From positions 4,836,001-4,900,000 of the forward strand of contig JBHGNT010000009.1 of assembly GCA_043228905.1 (NCBI GenBank): DNA of 64,000 bases, read 5' to 3'. The notes below the pieces were generated by a model. It had not been told where the DNA came from. It did no database searches and saw nothing but the letters and a program-made list of their open reading frames with translations. The position numbers and the translations under genes were made by a program. The stretch comes from Azolla caroliniana (Eukaryota > Plantae > Polypodiophyta). Position 1 is the first letter of the stretch. Each line of letters starts with the position of its first letter. This document shows, piece by piece, positions 22,801 to 34,300 of this stretch.

Positions 22801-24997
22801 TTGCGGTTAACTGCTACTCCCGAAGCATTGCCATGTAGAGAGAGGTGCCAATTTCAGCCGTGGTTTTTAATGCGAGTTATTTTTTGATGTAGTTAGATCT
22901 ACAAAAAAATAGTTGAATAATTAACTTATGGTAATTTTTTGTAGGGAGATGAAGGAGATATCTTCATTCGTAACTGATGCAGTATTAGCCGGTGATAAAA
23001 GCCTTGGTCATTGTTTATATATAAGTGGAGTTCCAGGCACTGGCAAGGTTAGCTAGATCATTTGACTTTTTGTATTACTGTCTCTAAAAAAAGATGTTCA
23101 CACTGAAAATTTCTTCTCTTTCTAGACTGCTACTGTGATGGAGGTAATGCAAAAGCTGAAAAGAAAACATGAGGAGCAAAGTATGAATCCATATAGGTTT
23201 GTTGAGATCAATGGATTAAGGCTGACCTCGCCAGAACATCTTTACACGGTGTGTACTCTACAAATGGATAAATAAGATGGACTACAGAACCATTCTATAT
23301 ACCTTTCTCTTTATGTCTTTGCAGGTTCTATATGAAGCTCTTACCGGCCATCATGTTGGATGGAAGAAGGCTTTGCAGTTGCTTGATGAGCGGTTCTGTA
23401 ATCCAAAGCCTTCAAGGAGGGCTGATACAAGACCTTGCATTCTTTTTATAGATGAGTTGGATCTCTTGGTCACTCGCAATCAATCGGTAAGTAACATTTT
23501 ATTCCAAATTATTTCATTTAATATCACACTTTGGCAAAATATCTATAGCTAAAGCTTTCAAAATTTTGATTCAGGTCCTGTATAATATCTTTGATTGGCC
23601 AACTCGTCCTCACTCCCGGCTCTTTGTCATTGGTGAGTGTTAGAAGCAAATTATGCAGGGTTTTTTTTCGATGAAAGTTTTCTTTAATGTTTATTGAGAC
23701 TTTTATTGCTTTCTGGATTTGTAGGTATTGCAAACACAATAGATCTACCAGAAAGGTTGCTTCCTCGAATTGCTAGCAGGATGGGTCTACAACGGGTCTC
23801 CTTCAGCCCATACTCCCATGAACAACTGCAAACTGTCATTTCATCTCGTCTCAAGGCAATAAATGCTTTTGAAAAGCAAGCTATTGAATTTGCATCACGC
23901 AAGGTGAAAAAACCATATGCATATCCAATGTAGCTAACTTATTATTCTGTAATTATGCCTATACAATACTCAGTTTATTGTTCCATTATATATGTTTTTT
24001 ATGTTTTTCAGGTTGCAGCCATCTCTGGCGATGCGCGTCGTGCATTAGAGCTTTGTCGGCGAGCAGTTGAGGTTGCAGAGTTAAGATGCTCAAATAACCC
24101 AAATAAAGGTGGGTATATGTGTGCTTTTATTTGATGCCACTTGTTTAGGCGTTACGTGGTGGCTAATTGAACTCTTCGAGTGTGTACTGCAGTCAGGGGT
24201 GTTGCTGTTATGGACAATCTAGTTGGAATGAAAGATGTGGAAGAAGCAATAAAAGAAATGTTCCAAGCTCCACACATTAAGGTACTTCAATGATGCTGTG
24301 TTTCTATTGATGGAAAACAAAGGTCCATTTCATGTAACAAAGCTTCATAAGGTGCTTAATTTGGATGCAGATGATGGGACGATGCTCTAAACAAGCGAAA
24401 ATATTCCTAGTCTCTATGGTGTATGAACAACACAAAACTGGAATGGTGGAGACTACATTTGAGAAGGTAAAAGATAACACTAAAATATCTGACTATCCTT
24501 GTATCTATATGCATAGATAGTTTATATATATTGATGGTTTTGTTTGCATCTCCCATACATATTTTGCAGGTGGCATCGACTTTCTCCTTTCTTTGTAGAA
24601 ATAATAGCGAAAACCCTACTGACTGGGATACTTTGCTTTCTGTGGGGTAAGTAATGCATATAAATGATACACATAGTGATTACTAGCAAAAGAAGAATGA
24701 ACCACAGTGATATATAAATGGCTACTTCTGATTGAGAGATGTCAATCTGGCATTATTAAACAGGTGTGTATTAGGTGCTTGTCGACTAATTTTATGTGAA
24801 CCAGGTTCTCATCATCGCATTCAAAAGATGCAGTTAAATTTCCCAACGTAAGATTGTTTTATTCCTTTACACTAGTTTGTTTTTTCCAACCATTGTTGTG
24901 CTCATATCTGGTATTTTCCTTGAATTTTTGCAGTGATGATGTCTCTTTTGCTTTGAAAGAAGACCAAGAAGTTCCATGGCTTACCAAGTATTTGTAA
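19823..24997 (+). CDS. ORC1: origin recognition complex subunit 1 (PHD finger, BAH, AAA+, winged helix), 16 coding exons, 880 aa
   Basis: Exons 19823-19934, 20368-21181, 21762-21900, 22150-22455, 22705-22844, 22945-23047, 23126-23248, 23325-23486, 23575-23632, 23725-23903, 24012-24108, 24193-24281, 24371-24466, 24570-24646, 24764-24847, 24934-24997. All GT-AG, total 2643 nt in frame. PHD CLIC..CDNC..HLKC..WLCPKC; WYVIPEET..RQPHNLRREL; Walker A GVPGTGKT; Walker B IDELD; SGDARRALE; C-terminus LNFPTDDVSFALK..PWLTKYL. Confidence 0.96.
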
Positions 24998-25875
24998 GAT
25001 GCATGAACAGTTAACTGTAGCACGTGATGCAACCTTGGTTTACAAAGAATGACTTAGTTAACAGCAATGAAGAGAGCATATTCTGTCCAAGTAAGAGAAT
25101 AATGCACTCAGAGAGCACATGCAAATACATCAAAGATGTATCTAAAACCCTAATCTCCTTGAATCAATTTTTTTTGAGCCAAAAAAGGCACATTCAATGA
25201 ATTCTTTCTGATCTAAGCTAACATATGAAATTGTTTCTTAAACAAAGCCCATTCAATGTGAAGAGTGGATGAATTGTTTTGATCCCCACTCACACTCACA
25301 CATGTAAAGTACAGACCATGTACTAACGAACCCATTTTGTAAGAGTGATTGCTAAAATGATGCATTGTAATGTAATGTAACAACAATATAGAGAGAGCAA
25401 GGCCTCTTGCTCCTGTTTCTTCATCCCTTAACTAGTTTTGTTTGTTTCCCTTTTCTACTTTTCTCTCAATCTTATTGGACTAACTACCAATCACATTGTC
25501 GAGTTTGATACACCAAGCTAATGTACAATGCCTTTTAATTACATATCATTAAGATCTCCAGTATCATGTAATATGGCAAAGAGATCATGCCCATGTCCAC
25601 ATTCCCCCATCTATTGGGATACGTTTTCACGAAACTCTCCTTTAGGATTTAGGGTTTTTAGCCAAAGCAAATCCTGCCCGAGGAATATGGGGTGTTGCCC
25701 ATCATCATGTGTCCACAAAACATAATCTAGCTTCAAATGTGAATCATAAAGGGTTTGGCGAGGACAACGTGCACCAAAATGATGGGAAATATGTAAAGCC
25801 ACACTCTCAAATTCCGAAGTGACATCTATGTATGTGTAACCAAATGATTCTTCTGTAGAGTCCATGTAACGAATT

Positions 25876-25964
25876 GATTCATGTGGTCCCCTAAACCTTA
25901 AGCCCTAAATTGACTCTTTTGATTCATGTGGATTCCTAAACCTTAAGCCCTAAATAGATTCTTT
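25876..25964. repeat. ~45-bp tandem duplication
   Basis: tgattcatgtgg(tc/at)(c/t)cctaaaccttaagccctaaat x2. Confidence 0.85.
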
Positions 25965-26144
25965 TGGATAAGTTGTGTGAGAGGCAACCAGATCTTCGAA
26001 TAGTTCTTGATGAACAAATTTTGAATGCACATTGATTCTTTTGCGTAAGTTTTTGAGGTTGTCAACATGATCTTCCAATAAAAATTCAGGGACTAGACAA
26101 CATTTTATTCCCTTTGTTTTCACATTCTTTTGGGTTTCATTCAT

Positions 26145-26580
26145 TTGAATACTGAAGCACATATTGAAATCACATCATCCTACAATTTGGTAAGAGTAAT
26201 ACCTCGTGATAAAGGATTATATCCTTTGGTAGGTACATTGGGAGTAGCTAGAGTAATAAGTATAACTTCATTTAAGGTAGTATATTATGTGTATGCGATA
26301 TGTACTTCATTTTTAGAGTCTCCTTAGTTTCAAGTCTTTTGTTGAGGAATGAGGTTTTATTGTTACATGTTTTTGTGAGGCTATATCATGTTACATTGCA
26401 GGTGACCATTCTTGGTTTCCTTTCTAGAGGAATATTTCGTCATGAAGTAGAAACACTAATGGAACGAAATGTAGAACTTGAGGCAAGGGATGCCTTTTGA
26501 ATTTTTATAGGTGAACTAGAGGAGAACTTTGAACCTCCTTTGGCAACTTCATCAATTGGAAGCTACGAGGGCTTACTTTA
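26145..26580 (+). pseudogene. degenerate copy of HMT intron 1 end, exon 2, intron 2 and exon 3
   Basis: Colinear with 32706-33190 (gaagcacatattgaaatcacatc; ag|gtacattgggagta; VTILGFLSRGI...ELEARDAF*); stops and deletions. Confidence 0.88.
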
Positions 26581-27493
26581 GTGGGCGTTGAACACGACAG
26601 CAACATGCGTTGAACATTTTTGCCATACCTACAATGGATATGTTTATGTGAGTGACAATGTGCTATTATATACACATGTAGGGCTCGAATATATTTAGTC
26701 TATGTGTTCATAACTTTTAAAACAAACAAAGCTCAACGATCAATGTTGCTCATTAATTGAATGTCACAACATGTTAGTAGGGATATGAAGCACCAATGGA
26801 CCATTATTGGAATACTCTGAAGTGCATGCCAAATGATACATTAACAAATTGCTTGTCACTCTTTATTTCAATTTGGCTTGTGCCTCTCCTTAGTGTGAAT
26901 GTTTGGGTGAAATGGTTCGTTTCTATTGGAAAAAGTGATGGAAACTCAAACATACATCAAGAACTCACAATGAGGTTAGTGTTCATGTGGTATTGGATTA
27001 TGCAATCGTCCCATAAAGATAGAACATTAATCTCACATGACTCCCTAGTTAATGCAATTTATCATCCTTATATGAATACCTTCACAAGGATGAAGGAGAA
27101 ATTACAAGATAACACATGATTCAAACATACGAATTGCCTTAGGATTTATCCTACAAAGACCGATTATTAGAGAAAAGTAAAGTAAAGAGAAACCCATGAA
27201 AAATGATGACACGCGATTTCGGAGAAACATAGTGGGCATCATGATTGTGACGTGTAACCAAAATATCACAATGACTAACACATACATGTATATATATGTC
27301 CAAATGCTTTGTTTTTTTACAATAGAAATGTATGGGATTTGTATATATATATATATCTATCTATCTCTATTGTTCTCTTTTAGGGCAGTGTTTAAACAAG
27401 AGGACACTTTGTGACTACATTCAGAGCATCTAGTATGTTCGAAACCCTAAATACAAAAAGTTTTGCCTATGCCTGCTCAATTCCTCGACATAT

Positions 27494-27685
27494 ATGAGGT
27501 TGCATTCGGCCCCTTTTCTAGTAGGTGGATGCTCTTTTGTAGTAGTTTGGAGGGTACTTCACAATTGATGGTGGTCTCATTACTCACCTCGAATGCTTAG
27601 GAGCTAATATCAATGATCCTACCTAGAGAGCTCTTTGCCTTCCACCAAACTAAATCTCATCAAACAAGTATTCTTCTTCTTCTTC
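27494..27685 (+). pseudogene. degenerate copy of HMT exon 1
   Basis: attgatggtggtctcattactcacctcgaatgcttaggagctaatatcaatgatcct...ctcatcaaacaa|gta matches 28370-28560, with stops and indels. Confidence 0.85.
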
Positions 27686-28369
27686 GCCCCATGTTTGTTC
27701 GCATCATGAGTAGTTAATACATGAAAAAAATACTAAAAATAAACAAGTATGTGTGCTCACCCATGTAAGGAGGACCATGTTTGTTCCCATTCACGAGTAG
27801 TCTTTAATTCATATAAGGAGAACCTAGGAGTGTAAACATGTTTTATAGTCGTATGTATCAATAACGTTGTATGGTCTTGGTCATATTTGAACTCGAAACC
27901 TTGAGAATGAAGCCATTAAACGCTTGAGCTAACGAAATGGCTTCCTCATATTGAAATGCTTAGCATCTCTGCTTCATCACGAGACCGTACAATCGATGGA
28001 CACATTTTGTCTGCTACCATGCATTTTCCGTTCACGTCCCGGGCTTTTATAATCCGACCGATACTAATGTTGGTATTCTTCATATCTATATGTTCTTCTA
28101 ATTCTTCTATTCAAGAATCAAAGCTACTAAAGTGTGTAATGTAAAAAAAAAAACAGGACCAGATGCAAACCCCTTTACCTTTTTATCTCTTCTTCATTCA
28201 TGGCTTTACTTTTTGAGATGATTTCTGCGTTGTATTCTTCATATCTATTTGCATCGATCGGCCCACAGAGCGAGATTTCTCCCAAATCCCTCGTGTTGCT
28301 TGACCGATTCTTGACCAGACCAGACCAGACTAGAGCAGACCAGAGCAGAGCAGAGAGAGAGAGAGAGAG

Positions 28370-31300
28370 ATGAGGTTGGATTTGAACCCCTTCAAGCGCC
28401 TGGATGTTCTGTTGCAGCAGTGTGGGGGCTGCCTCGCAATCGATGGTGGCCTCGCTACTCACCTCGAATTCTTAGGAGCTAATATCAACGACCCTCTATG
28501 GAGCGCCCTCTGCCTTCTGACCAGACCAGATCTCATCAAGCAAGTACTCTTCTTCTTCTTCTTCTCCTCCTCCTCCTCCTCCTCCTCCTCCTTTATATTC
28601 TTGGGAGTCCTTGAAAGCATTTTTCCTACAATGTATTTTCCATTCAAGTTTATTTTATGGACACATTTCTCCTACCATGCATTTTTCATTCAGTTCATGG
28701 CTTTATTATGTATTGCTCATATCTAACTCATCTGTCTTTCTTGGTCTTTGCTCTGTATTGATTTTGCTTTATTTCTCTTTAATAATTTGTTTGCTAAGTG
28801 CCACTTGCGCATTGTAAGACACCAACTTGCATCATTTCGTAACAAAGTCCATCCTATGCTTGTCTCAACCACCATTTGCTAGTTGTTTACTATCAATGCT
28901 GTCGCGTTCCATGACCATCCCCATTGCTACATATGAAAGTACAGTATGTTCAGTCCAACCCTGTGTTGTCCAATCACATGCATTGAAGACCACAACAACA
29001 ATAGCTAATCAATAACCATCCCTTCCAGCATTTAGATCATATCATGTGAGATAGATTTGAATTTCATGGCATTGTATTTAAGTTTCATTATTTTTAATTA
29101 TTCTCAAAGACATTAATATTTTCAGATGTAATCTCTTGTTTGGTGTTATAGGCTATTTTCGCTTGTTATAAAAAAGTCGTTGCTTGTCAGAGGTGGTGGC
29201 TAGCACAATCGGAATGAGACAAGGATGCCCTCTATCACACGCTCTCTTCGGTCTGTATATAGATGAGGTATCACATTACATAGACAGATTTGGGGGTTTA
29301 GGAGCATGCCTAGCGGGTATAGCTATACAAATATTACTATACTCTGATGATATTATGCTGATTTCTGACTCTCCAGAGGGACTACAAAGACATCTAAATG
29401 CCTTGAAACTATTTTGTATGGACAAAGGTTTTTTGATAAATATGGATAAAACTAAAGTGATGGGTTTAATGCCACTCGAGCATGTGTAACAAAATCAAAA
29501 CCAGATTTCTTCTTGGAAGAGGAAAAGGTGGAATACACTTGCTCCAAAATTGTGTAACTTTGCGCCCCCAGCTTGGAATTTTGGGTCAAAATTTTTGGTG
29601 CTTTCCTCATTTGGTCATGATAAGTTTCAGATATAAGATTACAATTGATATTATTGCACCTCCATTACCTGGAGTGGTTTGAAAAGGAGATAGATAATGC
29701 AAATAGAGATATAAGATTTGAGGGTAGAGCTTTGGAGGGATATCCTTGAGTTTCGGTTCAGTGGACCTGTGAGATGACTTTGTTGCCTCTTGTTGTCCGG
29801 GGTCTCAATCTCAATATTTGAAGAAGAAGAAGAAGAAGAAGTACTTAGACCATCTGATTATGAACATATATAACATATATATATCATGAAGTGTACTGTG
29901 AATATATATAACATATATATCATGAAGTGGAGAGAGAAACATTCTGATACCATATGAAAGAACCAACATCATAACAATATCTCTTTGCTATTATGTTATG
30001 TTCTTATGCTAATATGATTAATGTTCTTAATCAGGATGAGAATACATATTATATGGACACGATGCTATAAGATCTCACACACTATGCCATTAGCAAGCTA
30101 TAACGAACAAGTCTCATAGTGTGTTTCGATGAAAACCAATGATGAACAAGTTCTTTGTCCACTATGTATACCATCCTGGACATAGTTTAAGCTCTCCATA
30201 CTTCCTCCTAAGTTCCGTCTTACTTAACTATGCCGGATCTACAACACTAAATAACTGAGGTGCTAGCTCTACAAACTACTTCAGATTGGCTACTATAATT
30301 TCTCTCATGTACTCCTTTGTCTTCATCCAAGTTGATAATAGATAACCTAATCAGGTTGCGTTTGGAAAAGAGCACTCCCAGGATTTATATACATGGGCTG
30401 ATTCTTTCCTGCATGAAAAAAGAAAGCTATTGCAATAACCCTCTTGTCTTTTGTGAAATTCTTCCTCGGACTAACAACATCTAGCTTATACTTGAGAGAA
30501 TAACCATAATTTTTATCAAGGTCCATAGCAAGCAATGACAAATTAATCCCAGTCATGCAATGAAAACAATTTCAAGCACAAATAAAGATAACCAAACATA
30601 AAGCTCCCATTGGTAGGTAAAAAGGAATATAAATCACAAGTAGTAACTTCAACAGGGATGCTTTGAATGGGAGTTCTGCCATCTTCGTCTTAAGCTTTGT
30701 AAGAAGCACTTCCTCATCTAATGCCCCCAAACTATATAGTTGTTCCATTGCCTCAAGAAGAGTCTGTGGCTGTGGTGCATCCTTGAAATCGGAGGACAAC
30801 AAATTATTGATGGTCATAAAACCTAGATTGATTCTGTGGATTTCAGGTACAGTTGTGGGTAACATCTGATTCCTATATGACCTTTCAGTATAAAGACGTT
30901 AGGGTTTTTGTGGTCCAATTCAACCAACTCTCCATGCCAGGCCTGTGCTTTGTAAATTCTTGAGAAATGGGAGCGATAACTAAAGAATCCAATCCTAGCT
31001 TAGGATTGTATACATTTTGTTTTGTGAATCCTGTATCTACCACATAGTAAATCCTGGTCAAAGATGCATCTGCTATATTAGTAGCCATGACGACCATTCT
31101 TAGCTACAAATGTAGTTGCCATCCTTTGTGGTTATGTGCAACCGATCTTGCCTCTAGTCGTGTATCTTGCTTTTGCAAAGTATCAAGTAACTTCAGTTAT
31201 TTTACTTGAACCTGTCTCAGCGATAACAACAAGAATCTGATTATTGTGTACTGCTTCAATCTATTTAATTCCTGCTGCAGCATGTAAATCTGCTTCTCTG

Positions 31301-34300
31301 TCGGAACACAATCCTCTTCTCACTCACCACAAAAATCAAAGTTGGGTTAGAAAATATGGCCTGGTTAAAAAGTATTAGCCAGGCTAGTAAATATGGAAAG
31401 TTTTATAGCCGGGTTAGAAAATTTTATGGCCGGGATAGAAAATATGGGCTTGGTTAGAAAACATGGGTCAGGTTAGAAAATAGCACAAAATTTGGCAGAA
31501 ATTGAGTTAGAAAATAGTACATAAGATTAGCAGCACCTTGGTTAGAAAACTTCAGCTGGGTTAGAAATGGCCTAGACAGAGACAGGGCCAGGTTAGAAAT
31601 GACAAGGATCAATTTGTGTGCTTTTATTGGATAATGATTTGATGGATGCCAAGTGCGGGGGCAAGGGTCTTGATGTGTCTTCTTGAATTGTTTTCTGTAC
31701 ATATCTCTTCCTCTTTCTTCTATGCGATACACTTGACTTTCCGTGTATGGGATTGTTTGTATTTCCATTTTTGTTTCAGAGTTGCTTGCATACTCTTTTA
31801 TTGTACACTTAAATTTTATTAGCTAGGCACTTTGATATTATATGCCTTGTGCCAAGAGTCTCCCAAGTAGCTTCTTGAGAAAACAACATCCAGCCTTCTT
31901 GTGATTTAACATCAATTGGTTTGGTGCAACTGTTTAAGGATATTGTCGTCTCGATTGATTGAATTGTTTCTTGTTTGCATTATAATACAACTGCTTACGT
32001 AGATAAACTTAGTCTCTATGGTCCTCAACAATGCCAACATTGTATTCCAATCTGATCTCATGGACTTGTCCGTCCATACCTAGTATCTTGTAGTTTGCTC
32101 TTGAGTATGTAGACTAGAATGTTAGCCCATTTACAGACTATGTGGCGTGACAAAAATTTCTTCATCTTGTCGTAACTCAAATTTCCTCTAGAAATGCTTG
32201 ATGGCAAGGTTTTTCATTGCTTATGCTATGTGACATTCTTCTCTATACTCAAAGTCAACTTTTATAGGATAGGTAAAGGTGGTGATTAAAGTTGCCTACA
32301 TAGATTATCACTGTAGTTGATAAATATGAAGGTTCTGAAGCCATCAACTCAACCACCAATCCCATCTTCCCTGGTTTAAGTACCCAATGGCGTGGCTCTT
32401 ATTTCACATGCACATGTGTTAGTTCGTGATCATGTTTTATGTCATTGTTTGAATCATAGTACGTAAAATTCGTGTTCGTCTAGTATAACATTCGTTTTCA
32501 TACGTTGGAAAACGAATGCGAATGTTATTCAAACATTCTTGTGTTTTTTTTTTGTTGTTTTTTTCCAATTTTTTAATGTTTTTTATTTTTATTTTTAGGC
32601 TTATCTACCTCATAATAAATAGTTAATCCAAAAGTATGGTATTTATCATTCTTTGAGGGTGTTTTTCTTTTGCGAATGCGAATGCACGTATGGTTCATAC
32701 TATGGTTTGAATACAGAAGCACATATTGAAATCACATCGTCCTACAATTTGGTTAGAGTAATGCCTCACGATAAGTCTACATGGTGATCTAAAAGTATTA
32801 TAATGTTTGGCAGGTACATTGGGAGTATCTAGAATCCGGGGCACAAGTTATAATAACAGCTTCATATCAGGTAGTATATTATTTTCTTTAATTTTGTTTT
32901 GTTATGCATTTTGTACTTATTTAGAGCTTCTTTAGTTTCAAGTGTTTTGCTGAAGAATGAGATTTTATTATTACATTGGTTTGTGAGGATGAATATCATG
33001 TTACATTACAGGCGACCATTCCTGGTTTCCTTTCGAGAGGAATATCTCTTTCTGAAGCAGAAACACTAATGAAACGAAGTGTAGAACTTGCGCTGGAGAC
33101 AAGGGATGCCTTTTGGAATTGTAAGACTGAGATAGAGGACTTTCAACCTCCTTTGGTGGCTGCATCCATTGGAAGCTATGGAGCTTACCTAGCTGATGGT
33201 TCAGAGTACAGGTATATCCATAGTCCTAGTATTAATCTCTGAACTAATTTTGAGTACATTCAGTTTCTCAGTGTTATCATCTACTGCTACAGTGGCATTT
33301 ATGGACCAGAAATGACCCTAGAAAAACTGAAGGATTTTCATCGACGTCGCATCCAGCTTTTAGCAGAAGCTGGACCAGATTTGCTAGCCTTTGAAACAAC
33401 TCCGAACAAACTTGAGGCACAGGTTTCCTTTCCTTCTCATGATTCTTTGTGTTATAGTGGATATGTGATGAATCCGTATAATAGATGCTATTGTAAGTTT
33501 CAGGCATATATTGAATTGATTAAAGAGGAGCAGATTGGTATACCATCATGGATCTCATTCAATTCGAAGGATGGTGTGAATGTTGTCAGTGGTGATTCTT
33601 TCCAGGAATGTGTAGAGCTGGTTGATTCATGCCCTGGAATTATTGCTTTGGGTATCAATTGTACTCCTCCCCGCTTCATAAATGGCCTGATTTTAAGTGC
33701 ACGAAAGGTAATAGAGAACTTGCAAAGAGATCATTCATTGTTGCTAATGTGGGTCTGATTGTGAATATTCTTGGTTTAATATTATCCTCTAAGTTTGTTA
33801 TTGCTCTCCTTTCCATAGTCTTTGCCCCATCTAATAAATCCATTTTGCAGTCTATTAATATAGTGTGATAGGGCAGCCACAAACCTCTTCACATCATTTA
33901 GAGATTGAGGTAGGTAGGTTTGCGTGCATAGCCCCAAAAGAAAGTATTAGCCAATTTTGCCATTTAGGAGTAGGATTTGAAATACATTATGTTTGTGATT
34001 GTATTGTTTTAATGAAATAAGTGGGAGATAATATACCATTGCCACACTACACAAGGTCATGGAATATGAGGACTAATGATGGTTGGGGCGATTCTTGCTA
34101 GAATTCAAGAGATACAAGAAGTTGTTGAAAGACAATAATAGAACCACAAAAGCTCATCAACAAAGAACTATCATAACTTTTTTAGCCCTATTACTCTTAC
34201 TCATGCTGAACTTGGCCCAAAAATAAAGAATAAGTGATAAGTGACTTTTGGCCTTTATAATTAGGCCTATACACATGTATACACTATAAGGGGGTCATTT

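Noticed and set aside
33012-33422. Gene could be a selenocysteine methyltransferase
   Set aside because: GSEYSG and LAFET match ordinary HMT as I recall the family; nothing supports SMT without phylogeny or assay
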